Both the position numbers and the translations under genes were made by a program. Positions 15,033 through 23,812 of a stretch of 27,765 bases of DNA are shown here, piece after piece. The stretch comes from a virus (Duplodnaviria; Caudoviricetes), in IMG/VR virus record IMGVR_UViG_3300037524_000463, positions 1 through 27,765 of that record. One strand, 5' to 3'. Positions within the stretch are counted from its first letter, which is position 1; each line of letters starts with the position of its first letter. Under the pieces are notes generated by a model that was given only the letters and a program-made list of their open reading frames with translations, made no database searches and was not told the DNA's origin.

Positions 15033-16001
15033 ATGAACGGCACGCTTTCCCGGCTGGCGGGGCGGTTTGACTACGCCCCGACGATGCGCGTGAACCCCGT
15101 CATGGGGTCGCTGGCGCCCGGCAGCGCGGGCGCGCTGGGTGTGGACGCCATGCCGGTTCGGTCGCCATCTGCGCCGCTTGCGGCAGGCGTGGCGGGCGTG
15201 CCGGGCGTGCCGGGCGCGTCTGGTGCTGGTGGTGGCGGCGGCGGCGTGTCGGTAGGGAGTTTCACGCCGGATCGCCCGCGACAGGACTTGATGGACGGCG
15301 CGGGCGGCAGCGCGCAAGGCGGCTACGGCGGGCCGGGGCCGAGCGGGGCGCCTTCCACGGGGTCTTTCGTGTCTGACCTCGCAGGCTTTGGGCGCAGCGG
15401 CGGCTTGGCAGCGCTGGGCATGACGAACCCGGCGGGGATTGCTGCCTTTGGGCTCGGCACTATCGCCGCTGGCATCGCCAACGCGCTCGGCGCCCCGCAA
15501 ACGGCGGCGGGGATCATGAGCGGCCTCGGCATTTCCAGCGCGGCTGATCCGTCCTTGGGCAACCTTGCGACGGGCACCGAAACCGCCGGCAACTTTGGCG
15601 AGGGCGCAAATACGCTTGGCGGCGAGTTGGCCGGCGCGCCCGACATGGCCGGCATCAGCGGCACCATGGGGCTGGGCAGCCAAGCGTCGCAGGCTGATGG
15701 CGCGGGCACTGGCGCCCAAGGCTCGCCGGGCACGCCCGGCGCTGGCGACAACGCCAATTCCAACAGCGAGGCGGGGGCAGCGGACGCCGCTGGCCCTGGC
15801 GATCCCGGCGCGGCTGGCGAAAACGGCTGGATGCGCGGCGGCTACACCGGCCACGGGCACCCTGCCGAACCCGCCGGCACGGTCCATCGCGGCGAAGTCG
15901 TCATCCCCGCTGCATCCGTGCAGCAATACGGCATCGCGCCCCTGATGATGCTCGCGCGCGGGCAGGTGCCGCCTTCGCGCCTTGCGGCGTTGCTCGGCTG
16001 A
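15033..16001 (+). CDS. Gly-rich low-complexity protein with tape-measure-like C-terminal motif
   Basis: ATG 15033; central hydrophobic segment; GGYTG...EPAGTVHRGEVV motif; TGATG overlap with the next gene. Confidence 0.7.
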   Translation: MNGTLSRLAGRFDYAPTMRVNPVMGSLAPGSAGALGVDAMPVRSPSAPLAAGVAGVPGVPGASGAGGGGGGVSVGSFTPDRPRQDLMDGAGGSAQGGYGGPGPSGAPSTGSFVSDLAGFGRSGGLAALGMTNPAGIAAFGLGTIAAGIANALGAPQTAAGIMSGLGISSAADPSLGNLATGTETAGNFGEGANTLGGELAGAPDMAGISGTMGLGSQASQADGAGTGAQGSPGTPGAGDNANSNSEAGAADAAGPGDPGAAGENGWMRGGYTGHGHPAEPAGTVHRGEVVIPAASVQQYGIAPLMMLARGQVPPSRLAALLG

Positions 16002-17401
16002 TGCGCCTTCCGTTCGCAACCAACTCCTACACGCATCGCTCGCTGCCGCTGTCGGCGCAGCGGATGATCAACGTGTATGTGGAGCCGCAGCCGCAGGACG
16101 CGAAAGCGCGCCTGCCGATCCTGCCGGCGCCGGGGTTGCGTTCCTTCGCCACGCTGGCGGCTGGCCCGTGCCGTGGTTTGCATGTCATGGGCACCGACCT
16201 GTTCGCGGTGGCTGGGGATCGTGTCTTCCGGGTGCGCGTTGACGGCGTGGTCACGAACCTCGGCGCCATCCCGGCGGGCGGCGAAGTGTCGTTGGACAGC
16301 AACGGCGACAAGCTGGCCATCGTGGTCCCCGAGACGGCCGAATGCTATGTCGTGGATCGCGCAACGGGCAGCATCACGCTAGTCACCGATGCCGATTTTG
16401 ACGGCGCGGCGAGCGTGTGCGTGATCGACGGCTACTTCATTTTCGGCAAGCCCAACACGGGCGAATTTTTCCTGTCCGCGATCAATGACCCGCTGTCGTT
16501 TAATGCGCTGGACTTTGCGACGGCCGAAGGATCGCCCGACAACCTGCTGACGGTGGCGCGCGTTGGGCGTGACCTGTGGCTGTTCGGGGAGCGGTCCACC
16601 GAGATTTGGTCCAACACGGGCGCGACCGACTTCCCGTTCCAGCGCGAGGCGGGCGGCTACATCGCGCGCGGCACGGCTGCGCGTTTCAGCGTTGCATCGC
16701 GCCTTGGCGGGCCGCTGTGGCTGGGCGACGACCGCGTGGCTTACACGGCCAGCGGCACCGTGCCGCAGCGGCTATCGACCAGCGCCATAGAGCAAGCGTG
16801 GGCGGGATACACCCGCGTTGACGACGCGGTGGGCTGGGTGGTCGAGTTGGAGGGCGCGGCGTTCTATGTGCTGACCTTCCCGACTGCCGGGGATACGTGG
16901 GTCTGCAACCTGACGGCGGGCGCGTCCTGGCACGAACGCGAAAGCGAAGGTCTAGGCATCTGGCGCGCGACGCGGGGCGTTCCCTTCGGCGGCGGCGTGA
17001 TCGCTGGCGATACCGTGACGGGCGATCTGTGGCGCGTTGACCCGACCTATGCGCTTGAGGGCACAGAGCAGATTGTCCGCACGGCGACGGGAACGACGTT
17101 CCACGCCGAGGCGCGCAAGGTGTTCATGAGCCGCTTTGCCGCCGAGTTTTCGGCAGGGCAGGGGCTTGTGACGGGGCAGGGAAGCGACCCGACTGCCTGG
17201 CTGTCGTGGAGCGACGACGGCGGGCACACGTTCGGGGAGCAGATCGCGGCGCCGCTGGGCAAGATTGGTGAATACCGCCGCCTTGTGGAGTGGCGCCGGC
17301 TTGGGTCTGCGCGCGAGCGGGTGTTTCGGCTGCAATGGTCTGATCCGATCTACACCACGATTGCGGCGGTGAACGTCGAGGCCGAGGCGGGCAGTGACTG
17401 A
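16001..17401 (+). CDS. P22 gp10-like packaged-DNA stabilisation / tail hub protein
   Basis: SVCVIDGYFIF, LDFATAEGSPDNL, LFGERSTEIWSNTGA..FPFQR, SWSDDGGHTF, WRRLGSARERVF; 466 aa. Confidence 0.93.
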   Translation: MRLPFATNSYTHRSLPLSAQRMINVYVEPQPQDAKARLPILPAPGLRSFATLAAGPCRGLHVMGTDLFAVAGDRVFRVRVDGVVTNLGAIPAGGEVSLDSNGDKLAIVVPETAECYVVDRATGSITLVTDADFDGAASVCVIDGYFIFGKPNTGEFFLSAINDPLSFNALDFATAEGSPDNLLTVARVGRDLWLFGERSTEIWSNTGATDFPFQREAGGYIARGTAARFSVASRLGGPLWLGDDRVAYTASGTVPQRLSTSAIEQAWAGYTRVDDAVGWVVELEGAAFYVLTFPTAGDTWVCNLTAGASWHERESEGLGIWRATRGVPFGGGVIAGDTVTGDLWRVDPTYALEGTEQIVRTATGTTFHAEARKVFMSRFAAEFSAGQGLVTGQGSDPTAWLSWSDDGGHTFGEQIAAPLGKIGEYRRLVEWRRLGSARERVFRLQWSDPIYTTIAAVNVEAEAGSD

Positions 17402-17768
17402 GCGCAACCCGTTCCCGCCGCCGCCGATCAAGTCGCGCGTCGAGCAACCAGACGGGCTGCTTGGGTCGCAGTGGCGGCAGTGGGTTGGCGCGCTGACGCT
17501 GTGGGTGCAGCGGGTGCGGGTGTTTTCCTTCGCAGTGGATGTGCCCAGTTTGGGCGCGGGCGCTTCGTGGTGGGTGCAGGTGTCGTGCCCCGGCGTGGTT
17601 GCGGGCGACTTCGCGGCGGCGGCGCTGGCGCCTGCTGACCGGGATTTGACTGTCACGGCGCAGGTAACGGCCGCTGACGTGGTGACTGTGTGGGTGGTCA
17701 ATCTTGGCGCGGGCGCGGTTGATCTGGCGCCGGGTGTCCTGCGGGTTCGGGTGGAGAAATCGGCATGA
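17394..17768 (+). CDS. Small tail-associated protein (position of P22 gp26)
   Basis: Overlaps both neighbours; PPP...DG.L...WRQW N-terminus typical of genes after gp10. Confidence 0.65.
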   Translation: MTERNPFPPPPIKSRVEQPDGLLGSQWRQWVGALTLWVQRVRVFSFAVDVPSLGAGASWWVQVSCPGVVAGDFAAAALAPADRDLTVTAQVTAADVVTVWVVNLGAGAVDLAPGVLRVRVEKSA

Positions 17769-18445
17769 GCGGATGGGTTGGCCCGGCTATCGGGGCAGCG
17801 GCGGGGCTTGGGTCTGCGTATATCAGCGCGCAGGCCAACCGCAGCGCGGCGCGCCAGGTGGCCAACGCCACGCGCGACGCGGCGGGACAGGTGCAGCAGG
17901 CAACTGATGGTTCGCTGGATTTCCTGCGGGAAAGCCGGGACATTGCGCGCGGTGATCTGGCGCCATACCGCGACGCGGGGCTTGCCGATTACAACACACT
18001 GCGCGGCCAGATCGGCACGAGTTTCCAGGCGTCGCCGGGTTATGAGTTTGCGCGCGGCGAGGGCATCCGCGCGATTGACCAGGCGGCGAGCGCGCGCGGG
18101 ATGCTGGGGTCTGGCGGCCGGCTGCGCGAGTTGATGCGCTACGGCACGGGCGTGGCCAATCAGGAATACGGCAACTGGCTGTCGCGCTTGCAGGGGCTGG
18201 CGGGCGTAGGCCAGACGGCGAGCGGGCAAAGCGCGTCACTGGCGCAGGGCGCCGGGCAAAACATGGCCGGCGTTAACATGCAGGGGGGCAACGCGCTGGC
18301 GGGGCTGATCCAGCAGGGCGGCGCGGCGCGGGCGGCGGGCACGGTGGGCACGGCGAATGCGTTGCTTGGCGGGGCGAATACGGGGCTAGGGCTGTATGCG
18401 CTGCTGCGTGACCAGCCGCAGGCGCAGCGGCCGGGAGTGCCTTGA
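17765..18445 (+). CDS. DNA ejection/transfer protein (gp7-like)
   Basis: LAPYRDAG, FQASPGYEF..GEG..AI...ASARGMLGSG, ANQEYGNWLSRL; Gly/Ala/Gln-rich. Confidence 0.8.
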   Translation: MSGWVGPAIGAAAGLGSAYISAQANRSAARQVANATRDAAGQVQQATDGSLDFLRESRDIARGDLAPYRDAGLADYNTLRGQIGTSFQASPGYEFARGEGIRAIDQAASARGMLGSGGRLRELMRYGTGVANQEYGNWLSRLQGLAGVGQTASGQSASLAQGAGQNMAGVNMQGGNALAGLIQQGGAARAAGTVGTANALLGGANTGLGLYALLRDQPQAQRPGVP

Positions 18446-18447
18446 CC

Positions 18448-20220
18448 ATGGTTGCTATCCCGCAGGTCCAGATGCCCGACTTCGCCGGCACGCTGATGCG
18501 CGGCGAGGCTTTCCAGCAGTCGCGCTTGCAGGCGCTGGCGCAGCAGCAGGCTTTGCAGGACGCGCAGAACGAAATGGCGGCCATTCGTGCCGAGGCGCCG
18601 AATTTGGTCGGCGGCACTGGCCCGGCCTATGAGGGCGCGCTTGCGCGGATCATGGGCGCGGGGCCGCGCGGTCTGCAAATCGCCCTGCCGCTGGCGCAGC
18701 AGCAGCGCGTGCGCCGAGAGGCCGAGGCATTCGATTGGGGCGGCGCCGGCGCGCGCGTTCCGGCGCCGGCTGCTGGCGCCCCCGGCGATCCGCTGACGCG
18801 CATTGCCGCAGTCGAAAGCGGCGGCGACGACAACGCCCGCAATCCGCGATCTTCTGCCGCCGGGCGGTTCCAGATCATTGACAGCACGTGGCGGCAGTAT
18901 GCCCCGCGCCTCGGCTTGACCGACGCGCAGCGCATGGACCCGGCGGCACAAGAGGCGGTGGCGCGCGCCATTCAAGCGGACGCGCAGCAGGCCATCGGGC
19001 GCCCGCTGTCGCCCGGCGAGCAGTATGGGGCGCACTTCCTTGGCATCGGGGGACTGCGGGCGTTCCTGTCGGCTGATCCGAACGCGGATGCGCAGACCGT
19101 TTACGCGCAGGCGGCGGGGCCGCAGATCGCCGCTCAGGCGTTCCGCAACAACCCCGGCCTGTTGTCGCCCGGCATGACCGTGGGGCAGGTTATGCAGGCG
19201 CTTGGCGGGCGCATGGGCGGCGGTGCGCCCTCGGGGGACACTATCCCGGCGCAGGCTGCAATGCCTGGCGGCGCGCCCGCGTCGCGCAGCGGCGTTGACC
19301 CTGCCGAACTGCGCCGCATCGAGGCGGCGCTTGCTTCGGGGAACCCGATCCTTGTTGAGCGCGCCCGCGCGCGCTTGCAGATGCTGCAATTCCAGATGCG
19401 GGACGCGCCGCGTGAAAGCGAGCCGCTGGAAAGCGTGCTTGACCCCGCGACCGGCCAGCCCGTGCTGGTGCCGCGCTCGCAGGCGGCCGGGCGCCAGCCG
19501 GTGCGGACGCCGCCTGTGCAAGTGCAACTCCCGTCTGGCGATAACGCCCGCGTGCGCGCCGACACGGCAACGCTGACCGAGGTCAATCAGGGCGCCAATC
19601 AAGCGCGCACGATCCTGTCCATGCTCGACCGCGCCGAGCAGGCAGTCCGCCGCGTGCCGGAAGGTGCGGGCGCGCAGTTGGTGCCCATTCTTGGGCAGAT
19701 CGGTGCGGCGTTTGGCATCCAAGTGCAAGGCACGTCTGAAGCCGAAGTTTTGCGCAGCATCACGACGCAACTTGGCGTCTTGCAGCGGGTGCCTGGTTCC
19801 GGTGCCACGACGGACTTTGAAATGCGCCTGTATATGCAGGCGGTGCCCCGCCTTGGCACGACGCGCGAGGGCAATCTGCAACTTATCCAGCTTGGTCGGC
19901 GGTTGGCTGAGCGCAAACTTGAAGAAGCGCGCATCTGGCGCCGCCATGCGGGCGATCCTGATCTTGACGACCGGCTTAACGCGCTGCCGCCGGTCTTCTC
20001 GCCGGATGAGCGCCGCATCCTTGGCGACGACGCCACGCCCGCGTCCGACCCCGGCACGGCCTCGCCTGGCCCTGGCGGGCGCGGCACGGCTGAACCGCCG
20101 CCGGCCGCCGCGCCGCGTGGGCAGCCGCCCGCAATGCCGCGCGTGGGCGAAGTGCGTGACGGGTGGCGGTTCCGGGGCGGCAACCCGGCAGACCGTAATT
20201 CGTGGGAACAGGTGCGCTAA
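18448..20220 (+). CDS. Ejection protein with lytic transglycosylase (SLT-like) domain
   Basis: IAAVESGG.DNARNPRSSAAGRFQIIDSTW (catalytic ES and GxFQ motifs) and YGAHFLG. Alternative TTG start at 18442. Confidence 0.85.
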   Translation: MVAIPQVQMPDFAGTLMRGEAFQQSRLQALAQQQALQDAQNEMAAIRAEAPNLVGGTGPAYEGALARIMGAGPRGLQIALPLAQQQRVRREAEAFDWGGAGARVPAPAAGAPGDPLTRIAAVESGGDDNARNPRSSAAGRFQIIDSTWRQYAPRLGLTDAQRMDPAAQEAVARAIQADAQQAIGRPLSPGEQYGAHFLGIGGLRAFLSADPNADAQTVYAQAAGPQIAAQAFRNNPGLLSPGMTVGQVMQALGGRMGGGAPSGDTIPAQAAMPGGAPASRSGVDPAELRRIEAALASGNPILVERARARLQMLQFQMRDAPRESEPLESVLDPATGQPVLVPRSQAAGRQPVRTPPVQVQLPSGDNARVRADTATLTEVNQGANQARTILSMLDRAEQAVRRVPEGAGAQLVPILGQIGAAFGIQVQGTSEAEVLRSITTQLGVLQRVPGSGATTDFEMRLYMQAVPRLGTTREGNLQLIQLGRRLAERKLEEARIWRRHAGDPDLDDRLNALPPVFSPDERRILGDDATPASDPGTASPGPGGRGTAEPPPAAAPRGQPPAMPRVGEVRDGWRFRGGNPADRNSWEQVR

Positions 20221-22223
20221 TGGCCGGTCCTTGGGAAGCGTTTCAGACCCAAGCCGCAGACGCGCCGCGCGGGCCGTGGGAGGCGTTCCAAGAGGCTGCG
20301 CAACCTTCCGAGCCCTCCCGCTTCGACCGCGCCGCCCGCTTCGTGGACAACGTCGTGCGCCAGACCGCGCGCGGCGCCACGCTGGGGTTTGCAGACGAAA
20401 TCGCGGCCGGCGCGCGCTCGCTTGGCGGCGAGAACTATTCCGAGGCGCTGGCCCAAGAGCGCGACCGCGACAGCGCGTTCCAAGCCGAGAACCCCATTAC
20501 GGCGCTTGGCGCGCAGTTTGTCGGCGGCGTGCTGTCGCCCGTGTCCCGCGTGCTGCCCGGCGGGCAAGCCGCGACCATGCCGCAAGCCATCCTGCGCGGT
20601 GCCACGGGCGGCGCCATCGCGGGCGGCGCTGCGGGCTTTGGCGAGGGCGAAGGGGGCTTCCTGCCGCGCGCCATTTCCGCCGCGCAGGGCGCCGCGCTGG
20701 GCGGCGTTGTCGGCGGCGCGCTGCCGGTGGCGGTGCAGGGTGGCGTGGCGCTGGCCCGCCGCGCTGGCCGCGCGCTGGGTCTGACTTCGCCGCAGACCAA
20801 CGCGCAGCGGATCGTGCTGCGCGATCTGGAACGCGACGGCATGACGCCCGAGGAACTGGCTGCCAACGCGCGCCAGCCCGGCCCGACCGCGCTGGCAGAC
20901 CTTGGCGGCGAAAACGTGTTGGGCACCGCTGCGGCTGTGGCGCGGCAGCCCGGCACCGGGCGCCAGATGGCCATGGACATGGTCGCGGGGCGCGGCGGCG
21001 AGACGCAGGCGAACCGCCTTGCCGAAGCGGTGCGCGGCAATGTGAGCGCGGACGATTTCACGCGCGATGTGGCGGGGGTGATCGAGCGGCGCGCCGCCGA
21101 GGCCGCGCCGCTGTATGAGCGAGCTTATAGCCGCGTCCTGCCGCGCGATCTGCGCTTGCAGCGGTTTTTGAATGACAACGATGTGCGCGCCGGCATCCGC
21201 GCGGGCATCGACAGCGCGCGCCGCGAAGCGCTGACCGAAGATCGCGCTTTCGATTTGGCTGAACTCGGGGTTCAAGTCACGCGCCGGCGCGTAAACGGCC
21301 GCATGGTAGAAGACATTCAGTTGCAGGCCGGCGGCACGCCAACGCGGCTTTTCGACGCGGCGAAGCGCGGCCTTGACGAAATGATCGAAGCCTCGCGCGG
21401 CGAAAACGGCCGCGCCACGTCTCGCACGTGGGAACTGTCTCGCTTGCGTGACGCGATGCTGCGCGAGGTTGACCGGCTAAACCCGGACTTCGCTGCCGCG
21501 CGCGCGGCCTATGCCGGTCAATCCGAACTGCTGGACGCCGCCACTCTCGGCCGCGAGCTTCTGAGTATGCCCCCGCGCGACTTCGCGGCCCGGCTGCAAG
21601 ACGTGCGCGCCATGGGCGACCAGCAGCGCGACTTTCTGCGCCTTGGCTTGGCCCGCGAAATGCTCGACCGGATTGCGGCCACGACCGACGCGCAGGAGTT
21701 GACCCGCCTTAACCGGACCATGGGGACGGCGCAGGCGCGCGAGCGCATCCGGGCCGTGCTCGGCAACGATGAGGAATTTGGGCGCTTTATGCGTGAGTTT
21801 GCGCAGGAAATGCGGCTGGCCCGCACCAATCAGGCAGTAAACCCCCGCGCGGGGTCGCAGACCATGCCGCTGCAAGAGCGCGCCGCCGACATGGCCAACC
21901 CGCCGCCGGGGCCTGTCGGCGCGTCTGTGGTGCGCCCTGACCCCAACGCCCCGCCGAGCCCCCTGCAATCGCTTTTGATGCCGCAGGGTGGCATCTTCCC
22001 GGCGATCCGCGCTGTGGGGCAAGGGCTCGACCGCGCCGCCGCCATTCGCGACCGCGAGGCGTTGGCGCCGCTGCTGTTCGCCACCGACCCGGCAGCGCGT
22101 GTGCGCAACGCCGAGGCGCTTATCGCCCGCGCCCAGCGCGACGCAACCTTGCAGCGAGCCCTGACGCCCACGCTACAGGGCCTCGCGCGCGGCGGGGCTG
22201 TTGTGGCGGCGCCCTCTGACTAA
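20220..22223 (+). CDS. Large DNA ejection protein (gp16/gp20 position)
   Basis: TAATG overlap; RGATLGFADEI, Gly/Ala hydrophobic segments, APLYERAY, RAGSQT motifs. Confidence 0.8.
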   Translation: MAGPWEAFQTQAADAPRGPWEAFQEAAQPSEPSRFDRAARFVDNVVRQTARGATLGFADEIAAGARSLGGENYSEALAQERDRDSAFQAENPITALGAQFVGGVLSPVSRVLPGGQAATMPQAILRGATGGAIAGGAAGFGEGEGGFLPRAISAAQGAALGGVVGGALPVAVQGGVALARRAGRALGLTSPQTNAQRIVLRDLERDGMTPEELAANARQPGPTALADLGGENVLGTAAAVARQPGTGRQMAMDMVAGRGGETQANRLAEAVRGNVSADDFTRDVAGVIERRAAEAAPLYERAYSRVLPRDLRLQRFLNDNDVRAGIRAGIDSARREALTEDRAFDLAELGVQVTRRRVNGRMVEDIQLQAGGTPTRLFDAAKRGLDEMIEASRGENGRATSRTWELSRLRDAMLREVDRLNPDFAAARAAYAGQSELLDAATLGRELLSMPPRDFAARLQDVRAMGDQQRDFLRLGLAREMLDRIAATTDAQELTRLNRTMGTAQARERIRAVLGNDEEFGRFMREFAQEMRLARTNQAVNPRAGSQTMPLQERAADMANPPPGPVGASVVRPDPNAPPSPLQSLLMPQGGIFPAIRAVGQGLDRAAAIRDREALAPLLFATDPAARVRNAEALIARAQRDATLQRALTPTLQGLARGGAVVAAPSD

Positions 22224-22296
22224 GCCAAATCTCTACCGCGCCGCCGATCACGCCAACGGCCAGCGCCCAAGCCAGCGCGATTAGGACTACTGACAA
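22120..22296 (-). CDS. Possible 58-aa single-pass membrane protein
   Basis: TTG 22296 to TAA 22120: MSVVLIALAWALAVGVIGGAVEIWLSQR... The hydrophobic part fills the 22224-22286 gap. SD is weak and the 3' end overlaps the opposite gene. Confidence 0.3.
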   Translation of the reverse strand: MSVVLIALAWALAVGVIGGAVEIWLSQRAPPQQPRRARGPVAWASGLAARLRRAGRGR

Positions 22297-22613
22297 ACCG
22301 TCTGGTTTCCCCAGCGCGTGCAGGTGGTTTGCAGCCTAGGCTGCTGCATCTGCGCCCATGGGTTCGCTATCGGCTGAAACTGCGGCACCGCCACGGGCGC
22401 GGCACGCGGCGCCGCTCTAGCCGCCGCTGCCCGGCCGTCCGCTTCGACTGCTGCCACCATCACCCGCGTAACGCAGTCCGCAAATTGCGGTTGCCCCGGC
22501 GCGAGCCCGGCCAACTCGCACTGCGCCCGCACACGCTCGCCTAGCGGGCGCTGCGCAGGCGTCTCGGCGCAGGCGGCCAGCGCCGCCACACTTAGCAACA
22601 GGGTCACTCGCAA
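22287..22613 (-). CDS. Antisense lipoprotein, candidate superinfection exclusion protein
   Basis: Signal peptide with lipobox LAAC; AGGAGA SD 7 nt before TTG; C..AG.APG.PQFADC and TTCTRWGNQTVC Cys pairs. Confidence 0.8.
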   Translation of the reverse strand: MRVTLLLSVAALAACAETPAQRPLGERVRAQCELAGLAPGQPQFADCVTRVMVAAVEADGRAAAARAAPRAAPVAVPQFQPIANPWAQMQQPRLQTTCTRWGNQTVCQ

Positions 22614-23500
22614 TGCAGCGTCTCCTTTTGCCTCGTTCGCAGACTGTCGGCGCCGATGGGCGGCCGATTTCGGGGGCGAAACTCTACACCTATGTGACCG
22701 GCAGTTCTACGCCGAAACCCGTCTGGACCGACGCCGCGCTTACCATCGCGCACGCCAACCCGGTCGAGGCCGACGCCAACGGGCGGTTTCCGGCCATGTT
22801 CCTCGAAGCTGGCGATTACCGCACCGTCCTGACCGATGCCAACGACGTTGTGATCCATACCGACGACCCGGTTGATGGGCTGTTTTCCGTCGCTGATCTC
22901 TCCCTTGGCCCGCGCGGGCAATCGTTCTTGGTGTCAGGAAACTTTACGGTTCCGGCGGGCATCTTCCGAATTAAAGTCACCGTGACCGGCGGCGGTGGTG
23001 GTGGCGCCGGGTGCGCTGCCAACGGAAGCGGCGGCGGTGGCGGCGGCGCTGGTGCCACGGCGATAGAATGGCTCGCGGTGACGCCTGGCACAGTGATCCC
23101 GGTCACTGTCGGCGCGGCTGGTGTCGGCGGCGCGGCGGGCGCCAACGCGGGCACCAACGGCGGCGACAGCACTTTTAGCACCTTCTGCACGGGCGGCGGC
23201 GGTTCCGGCGGCGGCACGGGCGGTTCCCTGCCTTCCGGCGGGTTTGGCGGCACCGCCACGGGCGGTGACATCAACCTGCGCGGCGGCGACGGCACGGACG
23301 GCGAAAGCCGCGCGCCTTCGTTCGTGGCGGGCAATGGCGGCGCCTCGTTCTGGGGCGGCGGCGGGCGCGGCGGCGCCTCGCCTATCGGTGGGCTCCTTGG
23401 CCGCGCGCGAGGCTCGGGCGGTGGCGGCGCTTTCGACAACATCGGCACGGCCGCGCCCGGCAAGGACGGTGCCGCTGGCATTGTGCTGGTGGAGTGGTGA
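22613..23500 (+). CDS. Tail fibre/spike: anchor domain plus glycine-rich adhesin domain
   Basis: GRPISGAKLYTYVTGSSTP...NPVEADANGR anchor; FTVPAG...VTGGGGGG...GIVLVEW Gly-rich domain. Confidence 0.85.
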   Translation: MQRLLLPRSQTVGADGRPISGAKLYTYVTGSSTPKPVWTDAALTIAHANPVEADANGRFPAMFLEAGDYRTVLTDANDVVIHTDDPVDGLFSVADLSLGPRGQSFLVSGNFTVPAGIFRIKVTVTGGGGGGAGCAANGSGGGGGGAGATAIEWLAVTPGTVIPVTVGAAGVGGAAGANAGTNGGDSTFSTFCTGGGGSGGGTGGSLPSGGFGGTATGGDINLRGGDGTDGESRAPSFVAGNGGASFWGGGGRGGASPIGGLLGRARGSGGGGAFDNIGTAAPGKDGAAGIVLVEW

Positions 23501-23536
23501 TCGTGTAACCGTTGTCACTTAACTTTTAACGCTGTT

Positions 23537-23565
23537 TTCACTCACGCGCGCGCGCGCGCGAGACT
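23537..23565 (+). promoter_or_regulatory. Possible lysis-cassette promoter containing a (CG)8 tract
   Basis: AT-rich 23501-23542; TTCACT (23537-23542) - 17 nt - GAGACT (23560-23565); (CG)8 at 23545-23560. The repeat is certain, the promoter is inferred. Confidence 0.35.
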
Positions 23566-23581
23566 ACATGGAACCAGTGAC

Positions 23582-23812
23582 ATGGCAGACATCGACCTGC
23601 GCGCATTCGGTGGCCTTGAGCGCGACGTGAAGCACCTAACGGAGCGGATCGAGGATTTAGAGCGCGCGATTGAGCGGCTTGAAACCCGCATCGCCACGCT
23701 GACCGCGCTGCTGGATCAGGCGCGCGGCGCGCGCTGGGTGGTCGCCGGCACCATTGCCTTGATTTCGTTCGTGGTGGGTCTGGCGGCGGCGGCGAAAGGT
23801 TGGGTGCGGTAG
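23582..23812 (+). CDS. Coiled-coil plus C-terminal TM protein (holin/XhlA-like)
   Basis: Heptad N-half, single hydrophobic helix WVVAGTIALISFVVGLAAA; first gene of the lysis region. Confidence 0.7.
   Translation: MADIDLRAFGGLERDVKHLTERIEDLERAIERLETRIATLTALLDQARGARWVVAGTIALISFVVGLAAAAKGWVR

Noticed and set aside
22980-23470. GGC-rich repeats as a repeat array or DGR target
   Set aside because: Explained by glycine codons; no reverse transcriptase or template repeat in the window.
23505-23530. Possible CtrA box (TTAA repeats)
   Set aside because: The TTAA copies are 3 nt apart, not the TTAA-N7-TTAA spacing.
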